46,865 nucleotides of DNA from Priapulus caudatus (GCF_000485595.1 NW_014577080.1:152302-199166), one strand, 5' to 3'. Positions 25,001 through 39,181 are shown, counted from the first letter of the stretch. Notes: a model not told the origin generated them from the sequence alone. Numbers and translations are program-made.

Positions 25001-25310
25001 TTGCTACGCTGCCAGTACTTCTCGAGCCAACACTCGCTTTCTGACGCACCGAACGGACAACGAATTACAAGTGCGTCGGGTGAATTCAGCCTGCGCGCTC
25101 GATCGATCGTCTAATGTAGATCACAGCACCGGGAAGAAATCAACAAAATGTCTGTAGCCATTTGCGTCTATTAAATCAGATCTTCGCCACTCTCTACTCG
25201 CTTCGTGCGAATTTCGATCCGTTGTTACTGAAACAAAAAGTATCATCTTGCTATCGGGCCATAGCAGATATCCCGATAAATCATAAAATCGTACTCAATG
25301 GGTTATTGTC

Positions 25311-25375
25311 CCACTCACTCGCTCATTCGCTCGCTCGCTCGCTCGCTCACTCACTCACTCACTCACTCACTCACT

Positions 25376-25437
<62 letters not shown>
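25311..25437. repeat. (CGCT/CACT)n followed by perfect (GT)n
   Basis: Direct inspection. Confidence 0.95.
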
Positions 25438-25440
<3 letters not shown>

Positions 25441-25974
25441 ACAGAGTGCGCGTGCATGCATGCATGGTGTACGTCTGTCTGTGCGGCGGGCGGTGTCAGG
25501 GGCGCAGTAACTTACGTAATGGCCCAGCCGATAGTCGCGCGGATGATGTACATACGCGGAGCATGTCTCCGGTGTGGCTTTCCGACGGTTAAGCGGCGGA
25601 TATATAAACGACACATCTGTACGGGTTTCATCGCTAAACACATGATTCCCTTCATTGCGCGTGTGCGGGGCAGGATATACCGTAGATTACTGCGCACATG
25701 TTGAGCCACTGCGATTTCGTTTTAAACCGAGAAAGAAGGTCTTCTTTTCATCACAGAAGCTCGTTCTGTATAAATATTGACCACAGTATGTCTTGACAGG
25801 GCGCGTGCTCGGCAGAACCATTAAAAATAACACGTATATTCCGCGGTGTCGCTCGCTTTCTAACACTGCGCAATCAAACACGACACTTGAATTGGCCGCA
25901 TGTTGGCTGTAAAATCGAGTCACGATTCATGCTCCGCGGTGTGGATCGTACCGTAAAAATAGCGTTTCACTTAC

Positions 25975-26200
25975 CGCTACATGAAGCGTATAGTATAGCA
26001 TGTGTGCGAGCTTCGCAACAGCATTAATGGATTTCCCGTATAATTCCCTTTTTTGATATCACTCTCCCACGTCGGTTTAAACTGCTCGTGCATTGTGCTT
26101 TGATTTTACTCGAAAATGCGGCGGAACACGTTCGCCCGAACACGCATGTTCATTTCGGTTGTTTTTATTAGTGTAACGTAGTGTAGCGGAGTTCTAGAAT
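25975..26200 (-). other. Candidate non-coding first exon (5' UTR) of the CUB gene
   Basis: Starts at the A of an Inr-like TCATTC (26202-26197) and ends at a strong donor GCG|gtaagt (25974-25969). Spliced to 21017 it places an in-frame stop, with no in-frame ATG after it, ahead of the 21000 ATG. It contains six upstream ATGs, which weakens the call. Confidence 0.35.
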
Positions 26201-26230
26201 GAAACGTCTAAGGCTCTTTCCTTCTATATA
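26197..26230 (-). promoter_or_regulatory. Candidate TATA + Initiator core promoter
   Basis: Minus strand TATATAGA begins at 26230, exactly -30 from the A of TCATTC (26200), which fits the TCAKTY Inr consensus. The TATA has one mismatch to TATAWAWR. Confidence 0.35.
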
Positions 26231-29200
26231 TGCGTCGATTACCGAAATAGAATCCTTACCGTAATAAAATCCTTACACGTAAGCACCGGCGTGAAACTAC
26301 TTCAGCAGCTCGTTAAATATGCAAGCTTGATACGAGTGCGCAGCACGCATACGTGCTTAAATAGTAAAGATCATTTCCAAGGCAGAATGATAGTCGTAAT
26401 CATGCCACACGTGGCCACACGACAGCATGTGCGTCAGTAATCACTGTTCAGCGAGAAGTTCGTTAGGCGTCTCGGCGCTGTAGGAACCTCGGCGCAGTAC
26501 AGGTACTTATAAGCAATTTAGCGCGGGACCAAAGGGCGATCAATAATCTACTAGTTTACACAAGTAAAGGGGTCATTTGTGGCCCTTGAGATCTCCTACT
26601 CCTGGCGTTATTCCTCATCGCAAATCCTCTTCGCTGCAAGCACACGCGAAGAGCTTGGATTTACGTCAATACCAGAATCTATAAACTGCACGCTTGTGCA
26701 TAAATTAACAAGCATAATTAGCAGATGCAATCCCTATGGATGAAAGTAGTATTATTCATAAGCATGTTGACAGTGCTGCGCTATACCACGCATACTTATC
26801 CGGTCGCCACCGTGTACGCTTCTAATTAGGCATGTTTGCACATCAAACATGTTTAGCGGTTGAATTGAGTAATATGCAAATATATCAGGAAATTAAGCGG
26901 TGATATTTGCATATCGGAATATCATGTACGAATTATAAAATACAAACATTCGCTTTGTGAAGGAGAGTAATATTAATCGATTTCATCCACATGGAAAATT
27001 TGAGCACAATTCATCGACTCGTTTTTTTTTTATTTTGTTGATCTGCTATATGCGAAAAACGTCTATTAGAAAAAAACGAGAAATAAATGAACGGATCAGA
27101 CACTGCTACTCAACGACGGCAATAATGCAACTGACGATGGAATCTACCTGTATACCAAATATGATCTTCCACTCTTCAACATTTTACGGCTAAGGACGGC
27201 AGCCAAGGTGAGTACAAATCATTTTCGCGAGTTTCTGACGTTAGAGATCCCATCCCTCGATCAATAAGTGAACTGCAAATTATTGCCAGTTGTCTTTTGC
27301 GGTCATGCAGGGAACTTTAGCGGCATGAAATATACCGGCATTGACCCAAAGCAATAGAAAGCAGCAGCGCAAGGCAGGTGTGAGTGAGTGAGAGCGATTT
27401 GCTACGACATGTCTAAAAGCGGGACTAGTATGCGCGGGACGATAAACCGAGGCAGGACGCGAATGTCAGAAGAGCCCGCAGGAATCATCACAAACGTGCT
27501 CAGACTGCTGTATATCAGCTCGCCGCACTACAACGCAGCAGCAGGGGAGGGGGGAGGGATGGACGGATGCATCCCAGATCGGACTGTTAGGCGATCTGCC
27601 ACATCCCGGACACGTGAAAAAACGATCGAGTGTCAGACCATGACAGACATAATTATGCTAACCAAACCGAATGAAAGAACGGAAATCCTGTCCAGGCCAA
27701 ACCCATTTACGCGCCACACCTGCTAGTTGGTGCCACCACGACTAAGCAACGCCAACTAGACCACTGTCGCGTTGGTCGTGTTAATAGAGGGTGCTTTCTT
27801 GGTCGAGTCACGAGCAATCTGGCTTGTTGTGTCACCTAGTTGGTAGATGGCTTCGTCGCCACTTTTACGTGGAAAAAGACGTGAAATGCGTGTATCAGCA
27901 CTGGCTGCTGTGACGAGCGATGCTCCAATTGGTGAAAATTAGATCAAGGGTTAATGTACAGAGCAGTTTTTTTGATTTGTGCAATCCAGGACACGCCACT
28001 GCTGGGTGTATGTTATCTGAAAGCTACTATACACGACATGCTGAATCTCCAGCGACATTTCCACTCTGTAAAATAACTGTTAACTATTTTCGAACGAAAT
28101 GTAATCGAAACGCGGCGTGCATGTTTGCTGATTGCTCTTGTTGGACATGGAACTTATTCCTCGCTAGGTGCCACATATTTAATCATGAAATTGCGTGATC
28201 TACGCAGATTTACAAATCTCAATGTTAACTAGGTAGGGGAATATTCACACGTAGCATGATATGGCAGAAATCAAACATAAATCTCTCCGGTATTATCTGT
28301 ATATTTACTGAAATCTCACCAACATGATGCATTACCATATCTATTAGGGGCATTGTGTTTTACGATAACCTTCACCAAAAAATGTTTATTCTCCCCCGAG
28401 AGGTAACTTTGTTAGCGGATTTAACTTGTTTGGCGGATTAAATTTACGTTATGCAACTAACCCATGAGACTGTGTGAAAAAACCTTACGCGATGTTCTCA
28501 TTCATAGGTTACTTCACATAACGTACGAGTTCCAACTTTACCACGTAAGAATTGTTGGGTGAAGCCGTTCTGTCACCTGTGTACATTGTACGTGGCACAA
28601 ATTGGAACGGATCGAGATGTTAATTGTCGACAACGACCACTTAAATCCCATAGCTGATTGATGAACCCATGCCAGTAAATGACAGCATGCAGTTACGACA
28701 TGCTACTGAAACCGTTTAAATGAGTCCTTTTAATAATAAGCCTTCATTTAGCAAAAATTCGAAAAAATGTGTATCAGAATTCCCTGAGACAGTACTGGCG
28801 TGTGATTCTGACACAAACCATTTCTGTTCGAGCAGTCGTATTGGTATTACTGCTGCGATTCGTATATGTTTGTCCATGTGTGCGCGCGTGCGTGTGCGCG
28901 CGGGCGTGTGAGCGCGTGTGTGCACGCATGTGTGTGTATATCAAGAGACAGTTATCTCTGTAAAGCTCATTCAGGCAAAGCCCAGAGGGTGCATTGTAGG
29001 CGTCTGAATATCCAGTCAATTAGTAGCCAGAGATAGACATGTATATAAATTATACTTAATACTCTACTCAACGTGCTGATTAGGTTGCATTAGCGATGCC
29101 ATCGACACATCGCATTTACTGCACGGGACGATTACGTTCATCCACTCTGGAGCGTGTTCACGGATTTGCCTGAAAAATTGCGCATTCATCACTCAGAAAC

Positions 29201-30241
29201 GCGCGCATCGTAGCTCCGATTTTGCATCGGAATGAAAACGAATTAGCGGTGAAGTTATAGTCATGGGGTGCGGTTCTGCGAAAAGTCGCTTTGATTTACA
29301 TGATTGACGTGAATCTTCAAGGTTTCCAAGCGGGTATCTAATGTTGATAAACTGTATATTGTGTTTTTTCGCCGCGATGCCCACGCTATCCCATCGTTCT
29401 GCAGGCTTAAAAGTATATTTATTCGCGTTACTATACAGAAATCTATGTAATGCATCCATGAGTGGATGTCTAAAATTTTATAATCTTACGAAAATGTATT
29501 CCTGAAACAATTATGTAAGCTCTTTAGCTGAACAAGTTGAATTTATACTGAATAAAAATCGATATTGGGACGTTATAAAGACTGCCCCGCCCATTAAATA
29601 TTAGAGTAGGCTTGTTTTCGAAAGTATGGAAGGGGATGAAGGGTAACAGCCGTCTAGAACACTACTGTGACATGGGAACTCATGGTCCGTTGATTTATTA
29701 TGCATAGTATAGTAATATAGTAAAAACGCATGATACTGTAGAGTCATCAGGCGAAAACTCCTACGCAGTTTACAATATATAGCCTCTAGCCTCTCCACAC
29801 GCTACAATCATTCAAGACGCGCGCTCTAAACTTGTCCGTGATGCGTCACTTCACTTGTATTTCAACATTATAATATATACTTCTCACGCCTCACCCCACC
29901 TAAACGCCAAAAGTAGATTAATTTATGTTTACGCAATACATATATATATATGCTGAATCAAGTTGTACCATAGCTACCGTCACTTGTACAGTGGCAACGT
30001 GACCATTGCAAGATTTCACAGGCCGCTGTAGGCATACAGGTACAAGCTGATATCACAGCAAACACGAAGAAAATTAAAATTAATCACGTATGTTTACAGA
30101 TTTATGAATCCTTAGACAGCCCCACCTCAGACTCAGAGGCCTAGGGTATAGGAAATTTCATCACTTGTGTATGACGCAATGCGTACAATTAGTTTTGAGC
30201 AAGTAATGTGCGTTGAAATCATGCGGTGCGTAAATGTGCGC

Positions 30242-30300
30242 ATATGATAACGGTAGTATATGATAACGGTAGTATATGATAACGGTAGTATATGATAACG
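30242..30300. repeat. 16 bp minisatellite, ~3.7 copies
   Basis: atatgataacggtagt at 30242, 30258 and 30274, partial at 30290. Confidence 0.95.
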
Positions 30301-30636
30301 TACATGCGGTAGTAATGGTAACGTACAAACGCTCGTCTGAAACCCGAGTTTGAGTGAAGCCCCCTCTCTCTCTCCATCTTTCAGTCTCCCTCCCTCCCCC
30401 CCCTCTCTCTCTCTCTCTCTTATACACACATGCGCGCTCACGCACTCATACACTGCTTTACCTACGATCGCCATCGTCTCAAAATCACAAACGAGACGTG
30501 TAAGCCAGCTTATCCGCAACACCATCATCAACAATCATCATCATCATCACCAACACCATCTGCTCCAACCTTTGCTATTACTTTCGGACATCTGACGCGG
30601 AAAGTGTCGAGTGCATACGCACCTATATATATACTG

Positions 30637-31595
30637 NNNNNNNNNNNNNNNNNNNNNNNNNNNNNNNNNNNNNNNNNNNNNNNNNNNNNNNNNNNNNNNN
30701 NNNNNNNNNNNNNNNNNNNNNNNNNNNNNNNNNNNNNNNNNNNNNNNNNNNNNNNNNNNNNNNNNNNNNNNNNNNNNNNNNNNNNNNNNNNNNNNNNNNN
30801 NNNNNNNNNNNNNNNNNNNNNNNNNNNNNNNNNNNNNNNNNNNNNNNNNNNNNNNNNNNNNNNNNNNNNNNNNNNNNNNNNNNNNNNNNNNNNNNNNNNN
30901 NNNNNNNNNNNNNNNNNNNNNNNNNNNNNNNNNNNNNNNNNNNNNNNNNNNNNNNNNNNNNNNNNNNNNNNNNNNNNNNNNNNNNNNNNNNNNNNNNNNN
31001 NNNNNNNNNNNNNNNNNNNNNNNNNNNNNNNNNNNNNNNNNNNNNNNNNNNNNNNNNNNNNNNNNNNNNNNNNNNNNNNNNNNNNNNNNNNNNNNNNNNN
31101 NNNNNNNNNNNNNNNNNNNNNNNNNNNNNNNNNNNNNNNNNNNNNNNNNNNNNNNNNNNNNNNNNNNNNNNNNNNNNNNNNNNNNNNNNNNNNNNNNNNN
31201 NNNNNNNNNNNNNNNNNNNNNNNNNNNNNNNNNNNNNNNNNNNNNNNNNNNNNNNNNNNNNNNNNNNNNNNNNNNNNNNNNNNNNNNNNNNNNNNNNNNN
31301 NNNNNNNNNNNNNNNNNNNNNNNNNNNNNNNNNNNNNNNNNNNNNNNNNNNNNNNNNNNNNNNNNNNNNNNNNNNNNNNNNNNNNNNNNNNNNNNNNNNN
31401 NNNNNNNNNNNNNNNNNNNNNNNNNNNNNNNNNNNNNNNNNNNNNNNNNNNNNNNNNNNNNNNNNNNNNNNNNNNNNNNNNNNNNNNNNNNNNNNNNNNN
31501 NNNNNNNNNNNNNNNNNNNNNNNNNNNNNNNNNNNNNNNNNNNNNNNNNNNNNNNNNNNNNNNNNNNNNNNNNNNNNNNNNNNNNNNNNNNNNNN
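30637..31595. other. Assembly gap (959 N)
   Basis: N run. Confidence 1.
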
Positions 31596-34467
31596 CATTG
31601 GGCTTTCAAACGCCAATCTTCCGGTTTATTGCTACGTTTTCTTATCGATATTGATTACATGTAAGAAACTTATAAGAATGCCGTACTGCAGCTTCTTTTG
31701 TCGGGGGCAACCCTTTAATGTCGACCTCTACGAGCCTCTTTACACCTTGTCACCAAACTCTTTCTACGTAGAGACTATTCAAAGTGGTACCTATGTCCAC
31801 CATACACGCATATACTAATGCTTTGGCGCAGCATCTATGATTTTCATGCGCTTAGATGAATTGACATGAAGCATTCACCTTCTGCTTTAGTTTCGGTCGA
31901 TTTCTTAGCCTAGCACAAACCTTTTTGCCGATCCCTTGGAGTCAACGATGTGGTATTGACCCACTAGGCATTTAGAAATGTAGTATGGAATCAGCCGGCT
32001 TCCAAAAATTGCACATGTCGTCTGGTGTTCCACAGTGGGTCTCTTAATTGCACTTTCTCTGACTCTATGCAACAAGCTGGTACCTGGTTGATGGTAAGTG
32101 GCCACAGAGACAGGATGTCAGGATTCTCTGCAATGACAAATGTCGTCTTGTACCGGCCATGTCACGGCTTCTGCGACAATCAACACATCGGCGTCGTCTT
32201 CTGCATGAATGGTTTCGATGTCTCTTTCTACATCTCATCAGATAGATGTGCTTTACTGCTTGTTTGTTTGATTTGTTCATCGAGGAATTTCTTCTTGTTC
32301 TATCTCAAATGGTAGTCACTGCGCTGTTTTACTTTTGCCTGGACGATTGACCGACTGCACGTTTCGTTGGTGTGTCACTGTCTTGATTGTTTCCTGTGGA
32401 GTAGCCATCATACACATACTATTGCGTTGGCATACTTTTGCACCACACGATATAATGTGTTGATATTTTGTCGATACAATCCCATTTTGATCATGGCAAT
32501 CGCCTGTAGAGAAACCACCATCTAGAGACAATCTGCATTTCTGTCTCTAGAATTTAAAGTCTGTTGGTCTCGCAGATGTGTAGAAATATCATCTAATCGC
32601 CAAGTTTGGTTTTGTAGGCCGAGCGTTTAGATAGCTTATGTTTGTTAATAGAGGTGATGGTGGGCTAAGCGACATCTCGTATCTGAAACCGTCATTTAGA
32701 TCGATATCAGTGTTATTTGCTATATCAGGAGTCTCTGAAACAGCAGTCTGCGGTATCGACAACCAATTCCTCTCCATCGGACTCACTTCCCGCATTCATC
32801 ACTTGACTTGTTTTACTTGATAGACTATTTGTAACGCTCGCTTTCCGATGCTAAGGTAATGAGCGACGGTCTATATCCTTCACCCATGTGAGCGGTGTTG
32901 GACACACTATGGGCAATGCTGTTGCAATGTATACAAGCTAATCGCTCTTTTCTGACCGGGTCATTGCTTTTCAGGGTATTAGAAAATGATGCCGTATCCT
33001 GCCACATCTCGCTTCATATGGCACTTGACTGGTTCACTGGTGATGTCTTGTAGCTACTAAGCTCTTCATCTTCGGTGTTATCTCGTGCATAATCATGGCT
33101 CCGTCTCAGCAACAACCTTGTCCGTTGCGTCTTCATACCATCCCTCGTCCCGCATGATGATTCCCACCCTTGCTCTGTAGACTTCATTAAAACCTCGCAC
33201 TAGATCGATTGTTGCCAAAGCCCCAACATTATTTCCACCATGACTTCTTGAAAACACTGGGTGTCTTCTCCTTAGCTTCAGCTGTCCGTGCAGGAACAGA
33301 TGACGGGACATAGGCTAATCTGTCCTGGCCACCTTGCTGCTGAGTATTGTAGCATATTCCTCAGGGACTTCAGGTGAGAGTATTGAAGTTGCCAGTACGT
33401 TTGAGCTCGCGTCAAGATCTCACAATGATAATCTGTATCATTCTGCAGCCATAAAACTTCGCCTGTTGCGTGTTGCAGTGTATTACTCCAGCCATTCTGC
33501 TTTCTGAAAAGTGATTTGAGTGATGCTTGGAATTCAGCATCATGTGTTGCGATACATGTGTTTCATGACCGAAAACGGCGTTCAACACTCCAGAGATGGC
33601 ACTACTGTTCGCTGGCTTCTTCTGTTGGATATCTTCTTCAAAGGACTGCGTTAAGAGCGTCCATCCACAAAAAAGTGGCCCTGACTGCTACTTGCATCGC
33701 CTTCCGTGCATAGTGTGACTTGATGACAATATTCAGAAATCATTAGTTCCACGTTGAGTCAAAACATATTTGTAGTGGTTTCATTGTTAATCTTGTTATT
33801 TAGGTAGTTTGACTTTGTCTTCTGTGACATGTGTTGCATCGCCGAACTTCGCACTACTCTGCAGAGCATGGGCACTACCTTGTTTCGTGTGGCTTCTTGT
33901 GTTGTATCTTTCAAAGGACTGCGTTAGAGCCTCCACGAAAAGTGGCCCCTGAACTGCTCTTGCATCACGCTTACCCGCAGATATGGTCGTTACTGTTAGA
34001 TGACAGATATTTCAGAAATTGTCAGTTGAGTCAAACAATTCTATCGGATCAGGTTTGTTCATTTGTTAATTCTTCGTTATTTAGTACGTTACTTGGTGAT
34101 GTCTTCGCTTTTAAAAATGCATGTTTGAGTATTTTCGACATCCCTGACCGTCGACTAGTTTTCAGAGAGGCATCGTGGCTCTAAATGATGGTCTTAGTTC
34201 GATTGGGTCATAATATCTAGTTAACTCTAATACGTTACTGAACTGAAAATGAATTAATTTTTAAGTAATTAACCTCACAAGATTATGAGATTAGCGGCAG
34301 CATTTTTAAATATGTCAATTAGGCAAACTTCTGAATTGAACCTGTATCGCCCCGTCCCATTTTGGATATTCGAGAAATAACAGCTAATAAACATAAGAAT
34401 CAACAATAAACAAACTTTTGCCAATTTGTTTGCTCAACATAGTATTTTTCTAAATCTGCTCGTCGTA
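31596..34467 (-). mobile_element. AcademX DNA transposon, internally deleted, copy 1 (left part lost in the N gap)
   Basis: Colinear with copy 2 (31596 aligns to 44501). Ends ...AAATCTGCTCGTCGTA followed by TCG (34468-34470). Minus-strand fragments include TIHAEDDADVLIV, VYDGY, LDGG and RTGNF. Confidence 0.85.
33555..34105. repeat. Two-copy ~275-300 bp tandem duplication inside the Academ element (also at 46441-46865)
   Basis: A unit beginning catgtgtttcatcgccgaaaac... and containing aaaggactgcgttaagagc...aaaagtggccct occurs at ~33555 and ~33828, and again at ~46441 and ~46739. Confidence 0.9.
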
Positions 34468-34567
34468 TCGCACACGCACTCGCACACGCATCGACGCCAG
34501 CGCACGCCAGCACGCACACCACCCACACAAACACACAACCACACACAACACACCACACACATACACA

Positions 34568-34617
<50 letters not shown>

Positions 34618-37600
34618 CACACACCACACACCAACACACAACAACACACATATCGTATAGACGTATATTATCGGAGTACGTCTTATGTGCTGCTAAGGCT
34701 CAGCGTATTTCGGGTGTGTAGGCTAGACCGAGCTGTCTCGCTGCTGTTACCGACCCACCTTCGTCCATAGATTCGCGTTCTTGTCACGACATCGTTTTAG
34801 GGAGTTCCATGCGTTATTGAAATTTTTCGTCTGCCGGTAACAAGGATATGAGCTCCATTAGACCGCCCGCAGTGGCGATCATAGCTCATCGGCAACGTAC
34901 CCCTGCAGTAGCAGGTATAGAAGAAAGAGGCTATTAAAGTACCTTAAACGCTCGGCAATATCATAGCGTGGTGTCTTTATTAGATTGCGTTAAGCGTAAT
35001 ATTTATCCAAGAGACTAGCGTCTGCCACACTTGTGACCAGCAGATAACGCTATCAAAGTTGATTACGTTTGTGGCTAGTGATCGCATTTTGGTGTGCGAC
35101 CGTGCAGCGAGATAGGAGAGCGTTGAGCATGGACGCCAAGCATCATAGCGGCTGGTCAACACGGTTTCATAAGTAAATGCTCGGAAGCTGCAATAATACA
35201 CTAATGCCGGCTCGAACCAGCTGCTAGGGTGAGGAACATAGGATGCCCACACCGTGGTTTCGAGACAGACCGCGATTCACATGAAATTGGCTTATAGATC
35301 GAGTGATTTGTATTCACGCTTCTGGGGTGGCGGCACTGAGAGCGAGATTTCTTTTGTGGCACGACGTTTTTTTTCTCGTCTCTCTCTCTTCTCATCACCG
35401 CTCTCTCTCTCTCTCTCTCTCCTCTTCCCTCTATCGCTCTCTCTCTCTCTCTTTTGATCGCTCTTTGTCACTCTCACTCTCTCGCCATCATCTCTGTCTT
35501 TCTTCTATCCTCCTTTAACGCTCTCACTCTTCTTTCTCTCTCCGATCACCGACAGACGTCGCACGCACGTACCCTAGTCACGCACGACATGTATCATCGA
35601 ACGCCCGCAGTATTCCGCACACACACGTACGCACCACCTCCGCACGATCGCCACGGACGCACGCAGCACCAGCGCACGCCCGCACGCGCAACGTTGAATT
35701 CTGTGGTCGCGAGGCTAGATTATGCAAATTCATGTAGATGCCGCGCCGTCTTGCGGGCGGTTTCATTATGAGCGATGAAAGAAGATGCTAGTTGTAGCTG
35801 TTAGCGCTATTCTGCTGGTCCGGCCAGATATTTTGTCACATCGCAAATGCGAAATAAGTTACTTATCTCCAATGTTTTGTTATTTAGGCCTTCCAAAATA
35901 TTTAATATCTGTATAGGAATCAAGCTCCATTTATCTTGCCATACAAACGCGCGTAATGCAGCCACACACACGCACACCCGGACACACAACGCACACCGAC
36001 GCACACACGCGCGCGCGCATGCACGCAACACACCACACACACACACAAAACAAACACAACACACACACACACACACACAAACACACACCAAACCACATCT
36101 ATATCGTTTAATAATATTTATATATATTATCTCGCCGTGCAAGAGCTATCTAAACCATCATTTGTTGTTATCACGCCAAATATTATTTGACATGAACGCT
36201 CTCTGCCTTGCTCGATGAGTTCTACCAATCGTACGCCAAGTACCTACAAGTGCGTCTATCCGGCACGTCTCTCTCCGAACAACCTTTCACGCATCTCGCG
36301 GGCTGCCAGTTACAAACGAGCAGGATTATTGGACCGGCATTCTAGGCGGTGCGAACTGCAATGGCGCATGCGGCATTTGCCTGCATCGTAAGACGCTCCT
36401 CTCTCCTCCAGTAGATGACGCTCTAATAGAAGATCAGTTCAGGAGCCATTGGGCTGTGTCCTTGAAGTTGCTCTAGTAATACGTTATTCAACGTTGGTGT
36501 TAGCTCCTCAGATGCTTTCGGGTTCACAGCACGCCGGGATTCTCATAACATAACAGAGCTCTAAAAACAGCGAATAAGGGCGTGTTTCGGACTCCCGCTT
36601 CCCGCCCCCGCTGTGTGTGGGTACGCCGCAGCGCGCGCGGCGTACGTGTGGGCTTCGCTGGCTGCCTGTGTGTGGTTGTGGGTGTGTGTGTGGTGTCAGT
36701 GTGGTGTCGTGTGTGCGCCCGCGCCGCGCGCGGTCCGTGTGCGTGCGCGGCGCGGTGCTCCCAATGCGCGCTGTGTGTGCTGCGTCTCTGTGGTTCGTCT
36801 TGACGGCAGGTTAAACGATTAAGGTATGATATCTGTCGGCCTATACGCCGGCAAGCCTTACAGCTAAAGGTTGATTGTTATTACGTTGCTCACTAGCAGC
36901 CACATAAGCACCGTGCAGTTCTCTCTCAACTTTACGAGCTCTTGTCGTTGAAGGAAACAAAGCTTGGCAGTCTCTCTCCAAGCTCTCACTATTTCGTGGA
37001 AATACGTTCTACGTATATACGGCCGCAATTTTAAAAAGGGATTATTCAGTAGCTAGCGATGCGCCCCTATATATGCTATATTTCCGCCGGCAATGCGAAT
37101 TTAGGAGATTTTGGTCTCAGGATTTATATCATACAGCTAGACGCGCTATTCGTTAACCAAGGCAGTTTCGAGACTGTGCGCCTCTCTGCGCTCTCGCACG
37201 CTTCACGTTACCGCGTTCGCCTCTGCGGCAACGAATCGCCTTCCGCTCGCAGTGCAACTCGCTCTCTCGATATAGCAATGGAAAAATGCTACAGATGTCG
37301 AGCTCATTAGATGCTGTGACTAGTAGGTCCACTACTAGATCTAATATGTATAATGATTCGGATATCAATAGCCAATTTGATTCAAATTATTTGATCTTTA
37401 GTATAGGGATCATTTAGTGTTTTTTTTAAATGTTGTTGCATTATACCAAAATTCATGCTGGGCTACGACTATGAGTTACTACTCCACGGAATGGCATGAG
37501 TATGATCATACCACATTGTCAACGATGCGAAACATTCTACATTTTAATTATTCATTTGGGATCTAATGCAATTTTTAACTTGTTATAAACGTCACACTAA

Positions 37601-37853
37601 ATTATTTATCAATATTCAGTGCTAATATACAATATTCAGTAGTGAATATTCAAGGCCGATATGCAATATTCAGTAATCAAGAGTCAAGGCCAATATTCAT
37701 GGAGACACACGCACACGCACACGCACACGCACACGCACACGCACACTCGACACAGGCGTCAGCACGCACACGCCAACACGCACACGCACACGCACCGCAC
37801 CACGCACGGCGCACAGACACGCACACGCACTGCACACGCACACGCACACGACA

Positions 37854-37909
<56 letters not shown>

Positions 37910-37927
37910 ACACACATACACACACAT
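34468..37927. repeat. Cluster of degenerate microsatellites: CA (34468-34650), CT (35370-35545), CA (35960-36090), GT (36610-36790), GCACAC/CA (37705-37927)
   Basis: Direct inspection; separated by unique-looking sequence. Confidence 0.85.
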
Positions 37928-39181
37928 GTAGGTCCTATGTTTGTCGGTGTCATTATTTTTTTCCTTTCGTATATCTCTAGGTGAACTTTAAAGCTCCAAT
38001 TCCTCCTAGTCTAAACGAATTCGCGGTCAGGCTAACACTATACGTGCACCTATTTGCGCTCTACGCTACATCACTGTGGCCGCGGAATATTCACTTATAT
38101 ATAGGTCGATGTCATACAGGAATACAGTCGCATAATCCTCTAGATGCCCAAACTGCATGCAGCGCCACATTCGTACAACTCATGATAGGTAAATTAGCGA
38201 GAGCGAGAGCGCCATCTGTCGTGGAGTTTGCTAGGTGCCATCTAGATGCTAAACTATGTGCCGTCGCACGAGAATGTCATTGCATTTTAATTATTGAAGT
38301 CAATTCTTACTTTTGCTTAGATTTAATTGCGTTGCCATATTTTAGGTTAAGGAACCCGTGTTTATATATTGGTAGTATGTAGGGTGTTGCATAACGTGCA
38401 CGGATTAACCCGCAAATATTAGGGTATTATTTCTGTTAATTATTAAATAATAAAATGAAGCTGATTGGTTATCATTTCGTTTGCACATTTTCATAATGTT
38501 TCCCATGACTAGTGCAATAACGGCAATATCACTGCTCGACTCTGTCGAATATGACATTTCTTGACACATATTCGTAAAGTATATCACTGTTAGGCGCAGA
38601 AGAGCTACTCGTTTTTCGATTACTGTGTTCGGAGTTTCGGTAAGATGTTCAGCACACATCGCATGAACAGAAGAAACCGACACGCATTCTATTTATATCA
38701 AATAATCAGGTGTTTATGGCCTTAATTTCCATGATATTAATTGGTCTGTGTTGACCACGTGGGGCAAACAACATATCGGATATAGAATAACTAATGGCGA
38801 TGCGTGGAGCGCTTTTAGCTCATCCACATAGTACACCGAGACTCAAAGGCATTAGAACAGTGACGGAGCGTCAAACAGAACATGCATGACCGGCCATGTA
38901 CATTAATAATAGCAATGCCCGCATGGGTACTTCACATGAATTATAACATCACATGCTTGCTGTACGCTCTCGGCGCTCTCTTTCTCTCTCTCTCTTATCG
39001 TCGTAGTAACGCAATATCTTACAGAAATGAGCCAAATTGAAATACTAATCTATAATGAAATTGACGCAGAATTAGATGAAAAATCACAATGCAAAACCAC
39101 GAGGAATGGAATTGTGGGTCAGCAGGGAATTGTAATTGCGTGAAAGCGTGATTCAATTGCATAACGTATAGCAGTGTTGCA

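Noticed and set aside
28767..28815. tccctgagac match to miR-125/lin-4 within a small hairpin
   Set aside because: Only the first 10 nt match, and the match lies in the loop rather than an arm.
34000..34141. ATG at 34141 (MSKILKHAF...) as the Academ protein start
   Set aside because: The downstream reading runs through a TIR-like non-coding block and needs frameshifts.
35200..35280. tRNA gene or tRNA-derived SINE (minus-strand GGTTCGAGCC B-box)
   Set aside because: No A-box at a suitable distance and no cloverleaf could be drawn.
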